Part shown: positions 55,280-64,000 of the stretch, piece after piece
Position numbering within the stretch: the first letter of the stretch is position 1
How the letters are laid out: each line of letters opens with the position of its first letter
NCBI GenBank assembly: GCA_963693365.1
Contig: CAVNZM010000012.1
Coordinates: forward strand, 124,001 to 188,000
Length of the DNA stretch: 64,000 bases
Reading direction: 5' to 3'
Origin: Amoebidium appalachense
Lineage: Eukaryota; Protista; Ichthyosporea
Program-made: the position numbers and the translations under genes
Notes under the pieces: model-generated
Databases searched by the model: none
The model's input: only the letters and a program-made list of their open reading frames with translations
Told to the model about the DNA's origin: nothing

Positions 55280-55800
55280 GGGCAACTGCACAGAGCCTCT
55301 GTGATGATCCTGCCATACGGCTACTTGTGAAGGGCATTCTGTAAACACTCCACAGGCCTGTCACGTTATGGGCTGTGACGGTTGAACGGTGTGTGTCTGC
55401 TTGGGTGCACGTGGGTGGTCGTGTGCCGGGGCAAAATAGGGGTGTGTGTGTGTGCAGTGGGGAGGGGAGGTTGGTAAATATGCTTGAGTGTGTGGCTATG
55501 AGACAAGTGGTGCATCGGGGCAGGGTGGGTGGGAAGGCCCAGAAGGGAGGGGGGATAGGGGCCCCGGGGGGGGGGAGGGGGGGGGAGGGGGGGGGGGGGG
55601 GGGAGGGGGGGGGGGCAGCAGTTTCTGAAGTTGACTGGTGGTTGCAGATGCCATCGGGTTTGCAAGTACGGGGGTGGTGGATGCGGAGGTGCTGAGGGCC
55701 ATGGAGAGGGCCGCACAGGTGCGTGGTCTGCACGTCCACATGTGTACAAACAGGGACACAGAGCGCCCTTTGCCATACCCTTGCACCAGTCACCTTCAAG
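55280..55800 (+). pseudogene. Orphan duplicate of PICK1 exon 6 with flanking intron sequence
   Basis: 55614-55726 is identical to 46414-46526 (offset 9200). The flanks are recognisably similar but diverged. Confidence 0.85.
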
Positions 55801-55918
55801 ACTGTGTGTGTGTGTGCATGCAGTGCAAATGCCATCCGTGGTCCATACCTCTGTACGCCACCGTGCAGACTTGTGTTTGTCTTTATTTGCCCTTTCGTTG
55901 ACACATCCCCCCCTCCCC

Positions 55919-55949
<31 letters not shown>

Positions 55950-56123
55950 ATATATATATATATAAACTTTGAAAAAAGTGTTCTGAATGCCAATCACATT
56001 CAGAGCAATACCAACACCAATTCCACCTTCATGCACACATGCCGCGCATACACCTGTCTGTACACTCTGCACTCAGTTGCTCAGGCATGCAGGCAGATAC
56101 GCATGTGCACACAAGCCAAATAC

Positions 56124-56161
<38 letters not shown>

Positions 56162-56254
56162 GCACACGCACATACTGATCAATACGCACGCACGCACGCG
56201 CGGGCACGCGCGCGCACACACACACACACACACGATTTGCACTAGCACACAGTG

Positions 56255-56330
<76 letters not shown>

Positions 56331-56430
56331 GCACGCACGCGCGCCGCACGCACGCGCGATTTGTACTAGCACACACACACACGTTTCAAAGCATAATGAT
56401 ACACATTATGAGTGCGGGCAGGAACGCCGT

Positions 56431-56481
<51 letters not shown>

Positions 56482-57362
56482 GGGGCAAAGCCCTGTGTGT
56501 AGCCTTACGAGTTTTGAGGCTATCGTTTTGGGACGATTATCGGTTACAAATAAAACATGTAGAACAAATTGGCAATCACAATAATTGTACAAACACAGAA
56601 CAAAAAGTGTTGCTTGCAATCGTGCGGGGGCACATGCGTGCACAGGTGCACATACTAGTTGCACTACAGTCGCGCGCGCACACACACACGCACATGCACT
56701 CACACACACGCACACGCACACGCACACAGTCACACGCACGTGCTACACATAACCAGTGGCTCACGCACGTATGTACAGCGTTACACACGGAAACACACCG
56801 TATTAATACAAATTCGGGATAGTCATGCATGCATATGCTGGAAGTGCTTGCGGAAGGAAAACCAGGGTGATGGGGGACTCCGAGGGGGGTAGGGGGAGGG
56901 GGGACATGTACACTGGCAAGACCTCTGTGTTGATGTTGAACTATGGAGGAGAGGCCACCCACCACGTTGACGTCGTCGGACGGCAGCCGTGTACGTATTA
57001 ATACTATTAGCCCTCCAGTAGGCTGCACTAGTTAGTATGTACACGAATGACCCCCCCCCCCCCCCCCCCCCCCTCTCCCTCCCTCCCGGGGCCTCCGCAG
57101 ACCGTGGGGCCCTGATACACCTACGTATGTGGATTGAGCTAGAAGCTCATGAGACTTTTGGGTGACAGGGAGGAGGGGGGGGGGGAGGGAAGGGGGGGGG
57201 GGGGGGGGGGGGGGGGCTATGGATAGGAGAGGTATGGTCAGGGGGGGATGACGTCATCGTCGAAATCAAGAGCCAACACGAACACGAACATGTAAACTGC
57301 CGTGGTCACGGGTACGCCGTATATACGGAGCAAACGCAGAGAGAGCCGCAGAAGTACAAAAA

Positions 57363-58034
57363 ATGGCGCTGGTGCAAAACTCGCTGCGCTGTGCAGGCTG
57401 CAGCCTTAAGTGGGTCGTGCTGCTGGTGGTGCTGCTCTGCCTGTGTGCGTGGCTGGGTAGAAAGGCCTGGGAACAGTGGCGGCTAATTCTTGAGCTGCGG
57501 GACGAGAGGAAAAAGAGAGAGAATGAAGTGTTCCAGAGGGTGTTTAAGTTGTGCAAGGAAAAGACGGAACTGGAGGACGCAAAGGAAAAAGTGGAGGCGG
57601 AGAGAGACGGTCTGCAGGTGGAGTTAGCACGCGCAAACAAGGAGTTGTCGCTGGTCACACTTGCGTCAAGAGACGCACAGAATGTGTACATCCACCTGGC
57701 TAGGGTCGAGCGTTTGGAGCAGAGGGCGGAAAACCTGCAGCAGCAAAACGAAAAACTGAAACTGAGGCTGCAGGAGAGAGATGCGGAGATAGGCGCACTG
57801 CGCTACCAGGGCGGACAGGTGTGTGCACAGGTGCAGCAGATGACAGGTGCCCTAGACACGCTGAGGATATACTGCAAACAAACATGCTGGCTGAGTGGCA
57901 ATCGGCTGTTTGACAGACTCGACAAGGGCTTGGAGATACTTGCACTGAGGCCAAATGTGGGGCTAGTGAGGGGGGGGGTCAAGGGACTGGGTGCCACAGA
58001 GGGTGGAGAGGTGCGACGCCGTATGTTGAACTGA
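57363..58034 (+). CDS. Intronless 223-aa protein with an N-terminal TM/signal anchor and a long coiled coil; function unknown
   Basis: Non-repetitive ORF with aaaaATGG context, hydrophobic WVVLLVVLLCLCAWL and an E/K/R/L heptad-rich body. Confidence 0.65.
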   Translation: MALVQNSLRCAGCSLKWVVLLVVLLCLCAWLGRKAWEQWRLILELRDERKKRENEVFQRVFKLCKEKTELEDAKEKVEAERDGLQVELARANKELSLVTLASRDAQNVYIHLARVERLEQRAENLQQQNEKLKLRLQERDAEIGALRYQGGQVCAQVQQMTGALDTLRIYCKQTCWLSGNRLFDRLDKGLEILALRPNVGLVRGGVKGLGATEGGEVRRRMLN

Positions 58035-59065
58035 GAAAAGGGGTTTGCAGTTTGCGTGTGTTATGGTTTTTATTGGCCGCAATGGGTCATGCGGCGGTGT
58101 ACTGTGCATTCGCACGTAGGTTGTGTGCGGCTCTGTGACAATCATGTCATGAGAAAACACTGAGTAGAAAACGTTCCAATTGCGCATGACCTTCACATCG
58201 CTCTAAACTTGGTGTTGTTCTTGTCAGTGGCTAAAGAAAGCATTTTTTTTTTTTTTTTTTTTTTTTAAGAAGAACTAGGTCATAGAACGTTGATGCATTC
58301 CCGAAAGCGAAAGGCACCTGTTATATCCTATAGTATAGCAAGTGCAAGGCTGTCGTGCATGTTTGCTGCTCATGGATGTGTGACGGGGGTATTTGGGTCA
58401 TTCTGGGAGCTGTGGTGACCAAGTGCAAATCAAATGTAATATATGGTCGAACAAACGAGCTATGCCCATGTTGTAAAGGGAAGGGATGTCCGAATTTCTT
58501 TTCTTTCTTTCTTTCTTTGAAATGCGTTGTGGCCTGAGATCCAGGTTCATGCACCAGGGCAACATATCAAGCACCCAATATTTAACAAGGAATAAGCCTA
58601 AGAAGCAAGATACAGGAAAGAAAAAACTCATCTTCGTGCCCTTAGTCTTCGTGTCTTTGTGTGAGGTGCACTGTTCCTGCCAACTGATCAGAGAATCGCC
58701 GGCAACTGCTCATATTTATAGACTTTACATCTCAATCGAGCACAAAACCCAATCACAAGCTTCTTATAAACAATCGAAACTGTAAAATGGATGGTCCAGC
58801 AGTCGAAATTTAGGAGCTCGCCCGAATTAGAATACACAACTCTATATGTAGGGATGACCATGGCCAGGTCAGAATAGCTATTAGAAGCACAACTTCACCT
58901 GATGTTCGTTTGTCAAATTAACACTACTATACATACACACTGCAACGTCTATTTACAGCAAAACAACAAGGCCTTCTATTGTTCCCCTCCCTCCCTCCCT
59001 CAATAGAATAGCATTGCAGTATGATCAACCCCCCCATCAGTTATCCCACATAGGGCATCTTAGCC

Positions 59066-59827
59066 ATGACTTCCCTTTCCCTCCCTTCGAGCCCCACGGG
59101 GGTTCGCCGCGCTGCATCTGACGTTAATAGGCGGCCACCACCCTCGCCCCTTCTCGTGTGCCCGCCCACCACCCTTAGAAGGGCAAACTCGCACAATGGC
59201 ACATCCATGCCCCCCTCTCCCTCCTTCACCCTGAAGAGATCTATATCCAACATGAGCAACAAGCTTACGACGACACCGGCTAAGCACATATGGGTGGTTG
59301 GAGACGTGATAAGCGTGCAGGAAAGGTTAATGGATACCCTCAACTCACTGGGGGACACGAAATACGGCTTCTATCACTGCTGTGGTAAAGATCCCCCGGG
59401 CTCTCCCCACCCTCCCATGTGCGCACACAAACATTTACAATAACACAACCCCTTCTCCATGATCTCTTCCCGCTAAGCTACACATTCAACTGGTGAACTC
59501 GGGGCACAAATTCGGCTTAACTATTTGTGTTGCTTTAATGGGTACACGCTGCTTCTAAAACACGAAGACATGGAAGTGGATGTGCAAGAAGTGAGGCATT
59601 AGGTTTGAGTTCGTTGGAGCTGGTTTCATGCAAAAGAAACTGTGTTTGTTGCCTTTGCTGCTGGTGCTTATGGCTCGTGTTGGTGGGGCAGATGTAGACA
59701 CGTTGAAGAAGATGAAGGAGAAGCCGGGGGCAGTGATGTTGTGCTTTGCAACGTACAGCAGAGCCTCGCTGGATCACGCAGTGGCGGGGTGGGTGGAGAC
59801 ACACACACACACACGCAAACACGCACG

Positions 59828-59873
<46 letters not shown>

Positions 59874-62860
59874 CACGCATTCACACACGCATTCACACAC
59901 ACAAACCCACAAACACAAACACGTACACACACACAAACCCATATACAGACACCAACACAAACACCCACACACTCACTCAACACAGCCCGATATGTACATG
60001 CGCTCGTGCTTAGGCACAAAGATTGGCGTCATTCAGCTAAGCAACGATGCAAAGACATTCATATTCACATGCAGAAGGAGGGAACCTTAAGGAAAAAGCG
60101 AGCGGAACAAGGGAAAGGGTGAATGAGGGATGGTGGGATGTGTAGAAAACAGATAGCGCTGAGAAACGGGACGAAATGTACGAGCATAGTGATATGGGTT
60201 GTATGGACTCAAAGTTGAAGCACAGAAGGATTGTGTGCCACACCCTTGTTGCTGGTGGATAATCTCGTGATTCCTCATTTTCACATACACACTGAAGTTA
60301 GTGTGGATTCCATAAGACACCTCTATACCTAAGCATGAGGTTTTCTGGTGCTCGCTGATCTCCGCCTTCACGGCACAAACACTTCTCATGGCACCATTAA
60401 CTATGTTTGGGGTGGGGGGGGGGGGGGGGGGGGGGGGGGGAGAAGGGGGGGGAAAAAAAAAAAGAATCATTAAAAGAAGGAGAAGGATATGGTTTGATAC
60501 ACATCTTGCCTTTAATGGCACTGTAAGCACCATACACGTTCCCCCCACTTACCATAATAGGCAGATGGATACCGGCATTGGAGGCAGCCCGGTGTGGGTC
60601 TGTGCCCCGCATGCTGGTGGGCCTGACCGTGCCCACGGTGGAGGGGGATGAGGGGGCTATGGACCTGGCTGGAAGGTTGGCAAAGGACCAGGTGGGTGAA
60701 GGGGGAGGGGGGAGGGGTGATGAGAACGGGGGGGGGAGGGGGGGTGGGGGGGTGGGGGGTGGGAGAGGCTGGGGGGAGGGGGGAGGAGGAGTTAATGAGT
60801 GATGAGGATGAATCCGAGGGGGAGATGGGTTGGTGAAGAGAATGGGTTTGGTGAAGAAGAGGGGTTGGATAATTGGAAGGATGGTGGTGGGGGAAGGGGG
60901 GGAGGGGGGGGGGGGGAGGGGGGAGGGGGGAGGGGGTGTTGGCTGACACGGGGATGGGGGGCAGCTTGTGTGCCGGGGCTACTGGCAGGTGGACCCCACA
61001 GACAGACTGGACGTCACAGACCTCTTTATCGGTAAGGGCACATGCACGTGCACACACGTACACACAGAATAGACGTATGCACGTGCACACGTACACACAG
61101 AATAGACGTATGCACGTGCACACACGTACACAAAGAATAGACGTATGCACGTGCACACACGTACACACAGAATAGACGTATGCACGTGCACACACGTACA
61201 CAGAATAGACGTATGCACGTGCACACGTACACACAGAATAGACGTATGCACGTGCACACACGTACACACAGAATAGACGTATGCACGTGCACACACGTAC
61301 ACACAGAATAGACGTATGCACGTGCACACACGTACACACAGAATAGACGTATGCACGTGCACACACGTACACACAGAATAGACGTATGCACGTACACACA
61401 CGTACACACAGAATAGACGTATGCACGTGCACACACGTACACACAGAATAGACGTATGCACGTGCACACAGCACACGTGTTCGAATATCAACTGCTCACA
61501 AGAACAGATAATTCAACTGGTCCACACATGCGCACAACATCACGCAAAATGGCGTCATATTGCTAGGTCAATTCTTTTCGTTGTACCCCTCCCCCCCTCC
61601 CACCCCCCCCCTCCCCCCCCCCCCCCCCCCCCCTTTTTTTTTTTTTTTTTTGTGGGGGGGGGGGGGGGGGGAGGGGGGAGAGGGGGGGGGGGGGGGGGAG
61701 GGCTAGGAATAGCAAAGGCTTGTGGTCCCATTTTCCATGAAAAACACACTTGGACTAGAAATTATGTGGTGCTATGTTCCATACGTGGCATATGCGTGTA
61801 TGGAGCACACCTAGACTGTCTAAGGCCCCATCACTCACTATTGGCCACAGCCACTGCCGTGCTAGCATTGGACCCTCCCCACTTCAGTCTTGCTGCCGGG
61901 GGCAGCAGTCTTTTGCGCAAAATCAGCCGCAGGCAGGAGGAGGCACCCAAGCAGCAGTGGGCATTGGATCAGCAAATGGTTAGGCGCCGCCAGCAGGTGC
62001 GCACCAATGAGAGTTATAACATTGCTCTAACACACACACAATTCCACAAAGACTAGAACATGCTTGTGCATAGACACACAAGGACGTACACACACAAATC
62101 ATACACTCCTTAAAAACGAAAATGAAGCTGGGTTCGGAGCCCACAATGAAGTCTTTGAACCACATCGCTACTATTTGGTGCTGGCATTCACTCACACACA
62201 TGCCCAGTCGATGCAAACACAGCCTCACATGTGGCACATGCACCTGCCATGTCCCTGCTTCTGTGTCTGCTGTCACCAGCCCCTCGCCCTCCCCCCCTCC
62301 CCCTCCCCCCCCCCCCCCCCTCCCTTCCTCTCACACAACCACTAACATTCCCACCCCCCCCCCTCCCCCCGCCCCCCCTCACAACCACTAACATCCCCTC
62401 CCCCCTCCCCCCCCCCCTCTCACACAACCACTACCCCCCCCCCCCGGGCACCCACCCACCACCTGCAGTCCCCAGAGCCACCAGTAGATGCAGCATGTGA
62501 CAGCGCCAACCAGGGGATGATGAGTCTGACGGCAGCTGAGAGGGCACTGGTGGAGGGGGTGGTGGCCGTGGAGGACCTGGAGACCGCATGCGAGGTAAAC
62601 AGAGGGGGATGGGTGGGAAGGGGGTAGAGTTATGTGCGTGTTTGGCCTAAGAGTATAAAGTGGCTGCAAGGAAGGAGAAGAGGGAGGGAGAAGGGGTCCC
62701 GGGGAGGGGGGGGGGGAGGGGGGGAAGGGGATGGGGGTTTTCGATTTAGTTGTTGGCTTGGTGAGGTGGGGGAGCTTGGTATTGAGGGGGGAGGGGTCGA
62801 AGGGAGTCGTTTTGGTGCCAGCAAACTAAATCTCTCTTCGTGTTTTGTATGTTGGTGGTG

Positions 62861-62916
<56 letters not shown>

Positions 62917-63725
62917 TAGGTTTGTTCTATCTGTGCCTACACCTAACCCTACCTTCCTTTTTAGGGTCTAGGTCGTACGCAGGTGCTGCAGCTAGTGCAG
63001 AGTGTGGAGGCAGCCAGTGCGATAGACAGGGCACAGGACACGGAGCAGCAGCTCAATGCATTGTGGGGGCACTACCTGGCTGCGAGGATGGTCCATAGGA
63101 GACTGAGGGCTTACTGCCAGGGTCTTGCTGAGGTGCGTCTGGAGTGGTGGGGAAGATAGGGGAGGGTGCTGGAAGGCTGTGCTGTGTGCTAGCGGGGGTG
63201 TTATGGGTGGTATTTGATGGGTATGAAGGTGGCGCACACGGTGATGGTGGTGACTTGAACGGTGCTTGGGGGATGACTTGAATGTTGCCTGGAGGGGTGA
63301 CTTGGAAGGCGCTCGGGGGGTGATTTGAGGTAGCACTATACACGAAATGTGGTGTTGGTTAAAGGTGTGCATTGATGCAAGTGACTAAAGGTGTGTGTGC
63401 AGGCACTGCTTGCTGAGGCATCGGAGGAGGATGTGTGTGACCACTATGCAAAGATCAGAGACCTGGCTAGGAGGGGGAGAAGGCCACGTTCAATGGTGGG
63501 TATTGTGGGTGGGTGTGATTGTGACGGGGGGGTTTGAGGGTGTGATGAGTGTGTATTTGTGGGGGGGGGGGGGGCGTTTGTGTGTATGTGGGGGGGGGGA
63601 GGTGGGGGGGATGAGAGTGTGTGGATGGGGGTAGGCGTGGGGTTGTGGGGGGGTGGGGGGGGGGATGTGGGGATATAGGAGAGCTTTTTTTTTTTGTGTG
63701 TGTGTGGGTGGGTGGGTGGGTGGGT

Positions 63726-63758
<33 letters not shown>

Positions 63759-64000
63759 GGAGGGATTGGGTCGATTGGTTCGGTAGGTGCTGGTGTTACG
63801 CTGAATGCTCTAAGTGGTGTCCTGCTCTTGGTGGGGCATGCGGTGGTGAAACCCGGGTATGTGGGATGGTGGTGATGGGAGTCGTGTGGTTGTGTGGTTC
63901 TGATGGGAGTGGTGTGGTTGTGGGGTGCTGATGGGGGCATGGTGGTTGTGTTGTACAGATTCGTGTGGAGACCATGTGGACCAGCCAGTTCAGACACAGT
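59066..64000 (+). CDS. Multi-exon gene, 3'-incomplete: Ser/Pro-rich N-terminus, degenerate Rho/Ras-like GTPase domain, then a helical region. Exons 59066-59384, 59692-59788, 60565-60691, 60965-61031, 61851-61996, 62469-62594, 62965-63132, 63403-63495, 63959-end
   Basis: Phase-consistent GT-AG exons. [34 protein letters not shown]...VPRMLVG and GYWQVD...DVTDLF follow the small-GTPase strand/helix pattern. Confidence 0.75.
61041..61470. repeat. ~32-bp minisatellite (cacacagaatagacgtatgcacgtgcacacacgta), ~13 units, intronic
   Basis: Direct inspection. Confidence 0.95.

Noticed and set aside
60512-61491. CRISPR-like array or Cys-rich protein
   Set aside because: Head-to-tail ~32-bp units with no unique spacers, intronic, and no cas genes.

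Overview
Intron-rich eukaryotic genomic DNA, saturated with poly-G/poly-C tracts and (CA)n/(GT)n microsatellites. Most ORF-track entries are artefacts of these repeats. Gene content (PICK1 with PDZ+BAR domains, animal-like E2F) suggests a holozoan, possibly an ichthyosporean; this is inference only. Splicing by hand gives six multi-exon genes: a Ser/Thr kinase, a membrane-anchored histidine phosphatase, E2F (with a U12-type AT-AC intron), AMACR, PICK1, and a gene with a degenerate Rho-like GTPase domain that runs off the window end. There are also an intronless isochorismatase-like hydrolase, an intronless TM/coiled-coil orphan, a rearranged DIRS-type retrotransposon fragment and a cupredoxin-like remnant. 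The most striking unexplained signal is a ~175-nt element found in the sense orientation of introns of two different genes: one copy at 12062-12233 (-) and three tandem copies at 22767-23851 (+). The two diverged versions share a fold supported by compensatory base changes, with a closing helix, a canonical kink-turn and a pseudoknot. I cannot assign it to any RNA family I recognise.
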